Shown here: in pieces, positions 20,082 through 29,721 of the stretch | Position numbering within the stretch: position 1 is the stretch's first letter | How the letters are laid out: each line of letters starts with the position of its first letter | Virus record (IMG/VR): IMGVR_UViG_3300045988_159010 | DNA: 29,721 nucleotides | Source of the DNA: a virus | Direction: 5' to 3' (one strand) | Translations under genes and position numbers: made by a program | The notes under the pieces: model-generated | What the model was told of the DNA's origin: nothing | Databases searched by the model: none | The model's input: only the letters and a program-made list of their open reading frames with translations

Positions 20082-20113
20082 GCGAGAGGCTTTGTTCCTC
20101 TCGCTTTTTCTTT
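20082..20113 (+). terminator. intrinsic terminator (GCGAGAGG-CTTTGTT-CCTCTCGC followed by TTTTTCTTT)
   Basis: A perfect 8-bp stem (20082-20089 / 20097-20104) is followed by a T-run. Confidence 0.8.
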
Positions 20114-20151
20114 GTATATAGAAATTTATAATGAGAGAAAGGAGCTATTTT

Positions 20152-23100
20152 ATGGCTAATAACAGTGCTAATTATAATGTTAATATGCGATTTACAGCTG
20201 ATACAGGTCAGGCTAAATAGCAATTACGAGATTTACAAAGTTCATTAGATACTTTAATGAATTAGATAGCAACAAAAAATATTAAATTTTTTGATGTTAA
20301 TGCCACTAAAAAAGAAATAGATGAAGCCTCGGCAGCAGTTTAGGAGTTAAAAATTGCTTTAGATTAGGCGACTAATGTTAATACTGGACGTTTAGATTTA
20401 TCAAAATTTTCAAAGAGTTTAAGTTAGAGTGGCTATACTCTTTAGGATTTTGCTACACATTTAGAGAATCTAGGTCCAACAGGTGATAAAGCATTTGTTG
20501 CGTTAGCATAGTCTGTTATTAATGCTGAAGTTCCTTTAAAAAGAACTAATGCTTTATTAGATAATTTTAAAAAAACATTAGCTAATACAGCCAAATGGCA
20601 AATTTCATCTAATTTAATGCATGGAGTATAGGGTTCTTTATAGAAAGCTTATTATTATGCAAAAGATTTAGATAAATCATTAAACGATATTCGTATAGTT
20701 ACTGGATAGAGTAGCGATCAAATGGCTTAGTTTGCTGAAAAGGCAAATAAGGCTGCTCAAGCATTAAGTACAACTACTACTAATTATACTAATGCTTCTT
20801 TAATTTATTATCAATAGGGTTTAAGTGATAAAGAAGTTGCTGATCGTACTGAAGTTACTATTAAAATGGCGAATGCAGCAGGTGAAAGTGCTTCTAAAGT
20901 ATCCGATTAGTTAACTGCTATTTGGAATAACTTCTATGATGGGAGTAAATCTCTTGAGTATTATGCAGATGTAATGACTAAACTTGGTGCATATACTGCT
21001 TCTAGTACTGATGAAATCTCAGAAGGTGTATAGAAATTCGCATCTGTTGCTAATACTATTGGTCTTAGTTATGAATATGCTACATCTGCATTAGCTACAT
21101 TAACTGCTAAAACACGTGAAAGTGCGAACACAGTAGGTAATAGCCTTAAAACTTTATTCGCTCGTATTTAGGGTTTGACTCTCGGAGAAACTCTTGAAGA
21201 TGGTACTGATTTAAATAAATATTCTAAAGCCCTTGAAAAAGTTGGTATTAGTATTAAAGACCAATAGGGTGAGTTAAAAGATATGAATACTATCCTTGAT
21301 GAAATGATGAATAAGTGGGATAGTTTAAGTCGTGCTGAACAAGTGGCTCTTGCATAGACTGTTGGTGGTGTTCGTCAATATACTCAATTAGTTAATCTTA
21401 TGGAAAATAAAGATTATTTTAAAGAGTTAGTTGGAGTGGCTAAAAATTCTGAAGGTACTTTACAAGAACAAGCTGATATTTATGCTGAAAGTTGGGAAGC
21501 TTCTAAGAAGCGAGTACAAGCTTCTCTGGAAGAAATTTATAAGCAATTAGTTAATGATAAATTTTTTATTGGATTAAATGATACATTAAGTGATACATTA
21601 AATATTACAAGTAAATTAATTGATTCATTAGGTGGATTACCTGGCGTATTAAGTGTCATTTCTACTTTAATGTTAAAGAGTTTCGGTCCTGATATTGTAA
21701 ATAACATGCAGCGTATGGCTTCTAACTTGTTTATTGATAGCGGAGCTGCTGAAAATTAGGCTGCGGTTATGAAAAAAGCGATGATTTAGACATTACAATC
21801 TTTCTCGCCTGAATCTAAAATGGAATTATCAGATTAGGGTTCTGTCACATTAGAAACTACTACAATGATTAATGCAGCTTAGGCATCTTATGATTTATAG
21901 ATAGCTAATAGTCAATTAAATGAAACAGATAAATTAAGACTTTAGACTTTACTAAAAATTTCTTAGGTTTATGGAGATATCGCTGTATAGGCTAAAAGAA
22001 GTATTGAAGTCCAGCAGCAGTAGACTTAGAATAATTTACGAGATGCAAGAAATTAGATTTTTCTTACTACTAATGAAAATTTTGGTGGAGAAACTGGCGT
22101 AAAATATTTTGATAAAAATTATAAAGCTGGACAAAAATTAATTGATAGTTTTTATAATAATAAGGTTTTAAAATAGTTAAATTCTTAGAAATTTGATAAT
22201 AGTGATTCTTATTAGAATTTTTTGGCTAAATTTGATAATATTAAAGGATTAAATACTGATTAGAGATTTGACAAATTAAATCAATTATTAAATAAAGCTA
22301 AAGGAGCTTCTAATAAGCCAAGTAATATTTAGTCTCGATATAGAAATTAGATTATAGAAGAAATAAATAATTTAAAAGATGTTAATGTAGTTTTAGATAA
22401 ATATGTAAACAATAAAGCTAGTGCCGATGGAGCAACTAGAAAATAGATTGAAGCATTACGTCAATGTTTAAATGGGTATGTAAAAGAAAAAGAAGCTTTA
22501 ATACAAAGTAATAATGCCAATAAAAAATATACAGACTCAATAAATGATTTCGAGAAAACTTTGGCAAAAAGTCAAGGAGCCGTTATGACTTTTTCTTAGG
22601 GATTGGTTTCGGGCGCGTAGGGAATCTCTTAGTTGGCTATTGGTATTAATAGTATCCATGGTGCTATATAGGCTTTAAATAGCGAAGATTTAACCTTTGG
22701 TGAAAAAGTATTTTAGATGACTACATCGCTATCTATAGCGATTCCTTCTATTATAAATGGTTTTACTAATTTACAAAAAAGTATATAGAGCATTAATAGT
22801 AGTAAAGGATTAATTGGAACAAATATTTTATAGTTAGTTACTGGGTTAAATGAAATTAAAGAGGCAAATTTAGGCGCTGAATTATAGAAATTAAGTGCAG
22901 CCAGCAATACTTCTGGTTTAAGGTTTAAAGCTTTAAAAGCTATGACTGATGCTTATAATACTAGCATGGAAGGAGCTAAAGTTGGAGCTAATGGATTAAC
23001 TAAAGCTATGGCTGAATAGGCGGCTGGTACTGCAGCTTTAAAGGCTGGTATTAAAGCTGTGGCTGGATCTTTAGGCATTTATATAGCCATCGCTGCGGCG

Positions 23101-26100
23101 ATAGCTGCAATTATTGCAGTTATAGTCCATTTAAATGAAGTAGCAAAAACTAAAACTTTAGAATCTTAGTTAGCTCGTTCTGAAGAGGCTGCTGCAAATT
23201 TTGAAAAACAATTAGAAAAAACAAAATCTAAAGCTGAAGAATTAAAAAATGTTTTTAATAATTATAAAAATATTAAAAAATCTTTAGATGAATGTACTAT
23301 AGGAACAGAAGAATGGCGAAAGAAACTTCAAGAGACTAATGAAACAGCACTAGAAATATTAAAAAATTATCCAGAATTAAAAAATATTGAAGGCGCTTGG
23401 GGTAAAAAAGACACAGGAGAAATTTGGATTGATGAATCGGCGCTAAAGGGTTTACAATCTGAATATGATAATAAAATTTTATCTCAGTCTTATAATTTAG
23501 CTAGACAAAATTAGAATAGTAATGAACTTAAAAATGCTATAGCTTGGAAAAATAATTTTAATGATATAACTTTATCTTATGGAGCTACTTTTAATGATTT
23601 AGAAGGTTCTTATCGTCCTGAAAAAGATGAAAGAACTTTTAATGCTTTAGAATATATTAGAAATAATTTCTAGAATTATAAAGGTTATTCGGATGATTTA
23701 ATTCTTAAGGATATTTACTCTTATTTAAATAAAGAGGGATATAATAATATTGAAGGTTAGGCCTATTAGGAAAAATTAACTTAGTTTATAAATGAAATTA
23801 ATCCTACTTTATAGTCTTTGATTTCTACCATAGAAGAAAATACAGATGCTACTTTGCAAGCGGAGCAAGAAAGTGTTGTCCAATAGAAATTAGGCAAAAC
23901 TAATATGTCTTCTCAAGAAGTTAAATTAACCACAGAAGCTTATAACAATGCCATTGAAGATAAAATAGCTGAAATGAAAAAAGCAACTAGCATTTGGGAT
24001 GGCAAATGGAATGGAACAATAACTTATGATGGACTAGAAATTGGTACTCATGGTGAAAATGCTCGTAACAGCCAATAGGTTAAAGATTTATGGGATGTAT
24101 ATTTAAAATCATAGGGTATTGATATAAATGATAGTGATTATAGACTAAATTAGCAAAATTCTGTAAAAGGTAAAGGACAAGATAGATATTTTGTTTATGG
24201 CCAAGACTAGAAAGTTTCTTTTGAAGAAGTTATTTAGGCAGTTGCTTAGTATGAAGTGGATTAGGGTAATTTCTTAACTGAATTAAATTAGGCAGCTACA
24301 AATTTTTTAACTAATCTTGGAAAAATTCAATACACTGATGAAACTAAGTAGAAAATTGAATCTGGAGGAACTTTAGGAAAAGGTTTAAGCAGTTTTATTG
24401 GTAATAAGGATTTAACTGAATTAACTTAGGAAGAAATAGATAATTTAGGAGAATTAACTGAGGATACTTTAAAAGAGCGTGTAGCTGCTGCTATGGGATT
24501 TGATTATGCTAAAGCTACTAAAGAATAGTTAGCTGAATTAGATGATTAGCTAATAGCTATTTATGGGGCTGTTGGAGTTGATTCCGGAGAAGAATTTGTT
24601 GAATAGTTTAATACAGCTATTATAAATTATGGAAAAGAAACAGAGAAAATTGCTAATTCATTTTATGGTAAATGGGCTACAGCAGAAAATCTAAATTCAT
24701 TTACTTTAGAGGTACAAAAAAAATTAAAATCTACTTTTGTAGATGTTTTTAGAGTAAGTGGAGAAGAAGGAATTGCTGTCTTTAAAGAAATAATATCTAA
24801 ATACGGATCTGATTTAACTCCAGAATTATTAGATTTAATTGGAGATTTTGATTGGACTTAGAGTGGAGCTATTGATAATTTTATATCAGCTTTAGAAGAT
24901 TTAGGTATTTTAACTGATGATAATACTGAAGCCTGGAAAAGATTTTCTAGTCAAATGGCTGAAGCAGCTAATAATTTACCGATAGATAAATTAACTAATT
25001 TACGAGATATTTTAGAAGATATATACAAATTATTAGGTAAAGATGTTGGTTCAATTTTTTCTTAGGAAGATATTGATAAATTAACATTAGGCGGATATGA
25101 TATTGAAGGGCATTATGCTCAAGTTGGTTCAGACGAATATGTTAAAACTAGAGATTATACTACTGAAGAAAAAAATAAAGCTTATGAACAACAAATTCAA
25201 ACTGCTAAGAAAAAAAATGAAATAATTTATGGTGCTAATGATTATAATTAGGCCTAGGTACAATCTAAAGTAGATAGTTGGGGAAAATATGGTGACAAGT
25301 ACATTTCAGGAGAATGGGATAACTTAAGTTCTTCTTATGTAAAGAGTTATATTGACAGCATTGGAGGTATTGAAAATGCTGCTACTATAACTGGATGGGA
25401 TTAGGATAATTTTTCTGATGAATATTTAAATAGTATAACTTCTTAGGAACGTGCTGAAATTGTTGATGCAATAGTAAAGGGAATTAATAGTGTTTATAAT
25501 GGACAAACTGATACTGGTGTTATAACTACTTCTCATTTATATAATAGTTCAGACTCTATAAATGAAATGACTTAGATGGAAGGGTTCCGTGATGAAGAGG
25601 GATCTGTATCAGATTCTGGAATTGAAGCTATTAGTGGAAAATTAGCCGGGTCAGAGGAAGGTTTAGAATTATTACATAAATATTAGGATGAAATAAAAAA
25701 TGTCACTAAAGGTACTGAAGAATGGGATAAAATAACTAATCAATTCATTAAAGATAGTCAAGGTTTAGAATATAAAGAATAGGCAAAAGAATTAGGAAAT
25801 TATAATGATAAATTAAAAGAAGCAAAAAAAGCTGGCGAAGATTATGAAGAAGAACTAGGTAATGTAAGAAAATAGCTCAATAAAATGCTTGATATCGAGG
25901 TAGATGATGATTTCATTGAAGAATATCAAGATTAGATTGATAAAATGCTTAGTGGTAAGACATTAGAAGAACGCCAAAGTGCCGCTAATACAATTAAATT
26001 CTAGGCTGAATTAGATAAAGAAGATATTGAATCTAAAATACCTGATGAACTTTAGAATGAAATTATGCCTATGTTATAGAATAATTTGCCTAAATTAGAA

Positions 26101-29100
26101 CTAGACGCTGAGGGAAAAATTGTAATGACTGGCGATAGTGGCCAAGCTGTAGCTGCCATCGGATAGGTAATAGCAGCTTTATAGGCTGCCGGTGTTCCTG
26201 CTGAAAGTATAGCTGAAATTTTAAGAAGCGTTTTGGGTACTGATATAACTATTAGCGGAGATGGTATAGAATAGTTTGCTGAATTAGCCAAAGCTCTAAC
26301 TTCAGGAGATTTAGAAGCTATTGCCAAGTGGTCTGAAACTTATAATGATGGTAAAGATCTTTTAAATTTAAGTGGTTCTGGCCGTACGGCTAATGTTACT
26401 CCTAATTATGCTTATGAAAATGGTGGTTCTAAAGGCGGCGGAGGCGGTGGAGGTAAATCTACTAAATCTGCTAATGATATTGGCAAAGAAATTCAAGATG
26501 AGAAATTAAAAACTTATGAAAAGAAACGTGAATTATTAGAAGCTAAACGTGATGGAGCTAATCCAGAAGATGCTGCTAAATATATTCAAGAAGAAATTGA
26601 TTTACTTGAAGAAGAACAAGATATTCTTGAAGATTAGATTAAATCTTGGAAAAAGTTATTAAAAGTTAAAGTAGAAGAATTTAATAAAGATCACCCAGAG
26701 TTTGAAATAAAACTTACTGATGATGGTGAAATTGCCAATGCATCTGAATTATGGGGCAAAGTTTGGGCGCAATATCAAAAAAATCTTGAAGATGGTATGA
26801 GTGAAGAAGACCTAAATGAATGGTTTACTAAAATTAAAGACAGTCTTGATGGTCCTATGGGTATTCAATAGAATATTGATGAAAATGTTGCTCTCATTGC
26901 TTAGAAAGAAAAAGAAGCTGCTGAACTTGAACTTGAAGCTATTACAAAATAGATTGACTGGAAAGTTAAGTAGATTGATTTTTAGATTAAACGTCTTAAC
27001 TATTATCAAGAAAAACTTCTTAAATAGGCTCATGGTAATAAATAGACTATTGAAGCAATGCTTGAAGGATTTGCTTACCAAGAGCAAGAAATGCTATAGC
27101 TCTTTGATAAAGGCGCCACATTACGCTAGGGCATTGATTAGTTAAATGCTGCGAAAGCTAAATATCCAGGTTATGAGTAGATGTTTGATGAACAAATACT
27201 TGAATACCAAAGTGATTTAATTGATGTTAATGAGGCTATTCTAGACTTACGTAATGATATTGAAGATTTGGTCTAGAACGTTTTAGATTTGGCACTTGAT
27301 GAAATTGATAAGTAGATAGAACGTCTTGATACTTATACATCAATGCTTGACCATCTTAATAATATTATTGATTTATCTGGTCGTTCAATGCTTGATATGG
27401 GATTAAAAACTTAGATTGGTGCTACTAAAGTAGAAACAATGTTAGGTAAAATGAAATCCTTAAAAGGTCAAATGGATGGTTTAACTAAAGCTACTAAAGA
27501 AGCATAGGCCGCGCTTGCTGATCGTTAGGCTGATGGAGATACATCTTCCGTAAAATTCTGGGAAAACCAAGTTGAAGTATTGAAACAAGAAACTGAAAAA
27601 GCTTCTGATGAATTTTTAGCTTCTTGGGAAGAAACTCTTGAAGCAGCTCAGGATTTATTTGAAATGCGTGTTGAAATGGCAGTTAATATATTAAGTAATG
27701 CTTTATCACCGTTTGAAACTCTTGAAGATTTCCAAGATAAATATGAAAAGGCAAAAACTATTAATGAGCAATACCTTGATGATGCTGACCGTTTATATGA
27801 GTTGAATAAATTAAATCGTTAGCTAAATTTATAGCTAGCTGATGCTAATGACCTTTTAGCTAAACAAAAACTTAGAGACATTTAGCAAGAGATTCACGAT
27901 CTTTAGGCCGATGGCGTCCAGATGAGCCAGTATGACCTTGAATACTTATAGAAAAAATATGATCTACAGCTTGCTGAGATCGCTCTTATGGAGCAGTAGA
28001 ATTCAAAAACTTCAATGCGTTTAGTGCGTGATGCCGCGGGTAATTGGACTTATGCTTATGATGCAGATGAAGAAAAAATTGAAGACGCCACATAGAAATA
28101 TGAAGATGCGGTTCATGAATTAGGTAAGTTAAGTAAGGATTATATTAATGATGTAAGTGAATAGTTAATTTAGAATCAAATTGATTTTAAAGAAGCCTTA
28201 CAAGATCTTGATAAAAACTCTGCGGATTATTCAAATCAGCTATTATCATTGCAAGAGTATTATGTTGAAAGACAAAGATATTTACTTGATGAATTAAATA
28301 AAGGTGTTGTAAATAGTGGATTAACATTCCATGATACTCTCTACGGCCAAATGACTGATTTGTATGATTATAATGATGCTTATATGTTATTTGTTAATAA
28401 TTCTAATACTACAATTAGTGAATTACAAACCAATTATAAAGATTGGCAAAAAGTTGTTGAAGCAGCAATGAACGTTGCTGGTACATCTTGGGAAACTTTC
28501 GGTTCTGATATGGGCGGCACTCTTGATAGTCTTGAAGAACATATTCAAAAATTATGTGATGAAATTGAAGAACTTGTTAATGTATTAATGGGCTATATTT
28601 CTTAGTCTATTGGAATGGTTCTTGATTGGGAATAGAAATATTCTAAGCGAACTGATGAAGAATTAGCTAAAAATGAATAGTATATTGATGGTAACTTTGG
28701 TAGTAGTGGTAGCGGCGGATTAACTTATGATATTGGTGTTGATTATAGTGCTGCTATAATTTCTTTAAGTAAAAATGGTGGTACTTATACAGATGAAAGT
28801 GGCCGTACTTGGACTACTGATGACATCAAAACTTTGAAAGATATCCGTAATTTAAAATTATCTGATATGGAATAGGAAGGTTCATAGATTTTAAAGAATG
28901 GTTCTTCTACTGATTATTGGTCTGAAGAAGAAAAGAAAGAAATTACAACTAATAAAAATGCAGAATGGTTAGATAAAGTTTTAGGAAATGGTGCAGCTTC
29001 TGGTGCCTATACAGGCAATTGGGCTAAAGGACAAGGTTTCGGACCTGATAATGGTAGAATTATTAAAGTTCATCCTAAAGAATTAATTCTTAACCAAAAA

Positions 29101-29376
29101 GATACTTCTAATATACTTCGTGCAGTTGATATTGTTCGTAATATGAATGATTGGGTTGATAAACAAGTACAATCAATGATTAATTTTGGATAGATAAAAT
29201 TAGGTAATTTGATTGATAAAACTACTCCACCTGTTTATGAAACTTAGCCAATTAAGCAAGAAGTTACTATTCAAGCAGACTTCCCAGGAGTTACTGATCA
29301 TTATGAAATTGAAGAAGCATTGTCTAATCTTAGTAATAATGCGGCTCAATATATAAGTGCAAATAAATCTAAATGA
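20152..29376 (+). CDS. tail tape measure protein, TP901-family core (about 3074 aa) with about 115 in-frame TAG codons
   Basis: It has a GAAAGGAG RBS. I read every codon of frame 1 from 20152 and found no TAA/TGA until the TGA at 29374-29376. The region 20700-21760 matches the conserved TP901-type tape measure core (...AEKANKAAQALSTTTTNYTNASLIYY..., ...LTAKTRESANTVGNSLKTLFARI..., ...GELKDMNTILDEMMNKWDSLSRAEQVALA...). There is a hydrophobic transmembrane-like segment (GIYIAIAAAIAAIIAVIVHL, about 23070-23140), extensive coiled-coil repeats and a Gly run (GGSKGGGGGGGK, about 26425). Confidence 0.85.
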
Positions 29377-29402
29377 GGAGGATTAATTTCCTCCTCATTT
29401 TT
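29374..29402 (+). terminator. hairpin/terminator overlapping the tape measure stop (TGAGGAGG-ATTAATTT-CCTCCTCA followed by TTTTT)
   Basis: A perfect 8-bp stem is followed by T5. It is probably a leaky terminator or an RNA structure between the tape measure and the distal tail genes. Confidence 0.55.
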
Positions 29403-29422
29403 GAGGAGAGAAAGGAGTTAAT

Positions 29423-29721
29423 ATGGCTTATAATAGAAAAGAAGAATATTTAGCTACTATAAAAAAGCCAAAAGAAATAACAGATGCCTTATTAGAGACT
29501 ATAGATTATATAGCACGGGCACGTGATGCTGAATTATCATTTGATAAAACTATAATTGCTGAAGTTATAAGTCTAAACGATGCCAGTACTGGAGAATATT
29601 TTGTTGAATATCAAAAAGGGAAATTTCGTGCTTATGCCCCAACTACATTAACTTATGTATATTCTAAAGGAACTAATGTATATGTAAAAGTACCAGGCGG
29701 TGATTTTACTCAAAAAAAAAC
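29423..29721 (+). CDS. tail protein, N-terminal part only (distal tail protein position; runs off the right edge)
   Basis: It has a GAAAGGAG RBS and an open frame to the end of the window (MAYNRKEEYLATIKKPKEITDALLETIDYIARARDAELSFDKTIIAEV...). The call rests on its position immediately after the tape measure. Confidence 0.5.
   Translation, partial: MAYNRKEEYLATIKKPKEITDALLETIDYIARARDAELSFDKTIIAEVISLNDASTGEYFVEYQKGKFRAYAPTTLTYVYSKGTNVYVKVPGGDFTQKK

Noticed and set aside
5227-27145. Assorted minus-strand or off-frame ORFs from the track (5227-5427, 7372-7731, 8548-8805, 9062-9262, 9685-9981, 11280-11483, 11374-11565, 12002-12184, 16871-17182, 17154-17468, 17595-17843, 22713-22907, 26052-26327, 26812-27087, 26816-27145)
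   Set aside because: Each is nested inside, and antisense or out of frame to, a long verified TAG-sense gene. None has an RBS. All are AT-rich or low-complexity.
20152-29376. The tape measure region being several separate genes (as the ORF track suggests)
   Set aside because: Codon-by-codon reading of frame 1 shows only TAG interruptions, about 115 of them. There is no TAA/TGA until 29374, and the sequence features run continuously across TAG sites.
4107-29721. crAss-like (podovirus) identity, suggested by TAG recoding plus TerL/portal order
   Set aside because: A bona fide TP901-type tape measure of about 3074 aa, a major-tail-protein candidate and consensus sigmaA promoters with SD sites indicate a long-tailed phage of a Firmicutes-like host.

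Overview
This window is mostly the late (packaging/head/tail) module of a tailed phage. Its late genes are only readable if TAG (amber) is translated as an amino acid, most likely Gln (code-15-like). Under the standard code the region from about 4.1 kb to the end is a litter of 60-390 aa ORF fragments. With TAG read as sense and TAA/TGA as stops, it resolves into about 20 contiguous, tightly packed plus-strand genes: a TerS-position gene (4125-5339), TerL (5339-7090), a small DUF559-like endonuclease, portal (7553-9241), a scaffold-like protein, TAG-free capsid candidates (10844-12774), head-tail/tail genes, a major-tail-protein candidate (16773-17864), and a single 9.2-kb TP901-type tape-measure gene (20152-29376, about 3074 aa). 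I checked the tape-measure frame codon by codon: no in-frame TAA/TGA and about 115 in-frame TAGs. A partial tail gene follows. Upstream, 1921-4106 is a standard-code early/regulatory module with divergent perfect-consensus sigma70/sigmaA-type promoters, an AbrB/SpoVT-family regulator, a small basic protein and a Zn-ribbon protein. The leftmost ~1.6 kb is a visibly GC-richer block of four small minus-strand genes plus a ~440-bp GC-rich non-coding region with inverted and direct repeats. Strong Shine-Dalgarno sites and TTGACT-N17-TATAAT promoters suggest a Firmicutes-like host, not a Bacteroidetes one. The tape measure marks a long-tailed virion, not a crAss-like podovirus. I saw no tRNA (hence no amber suppressor), CRISPR array, integrase or rRNA in this window.
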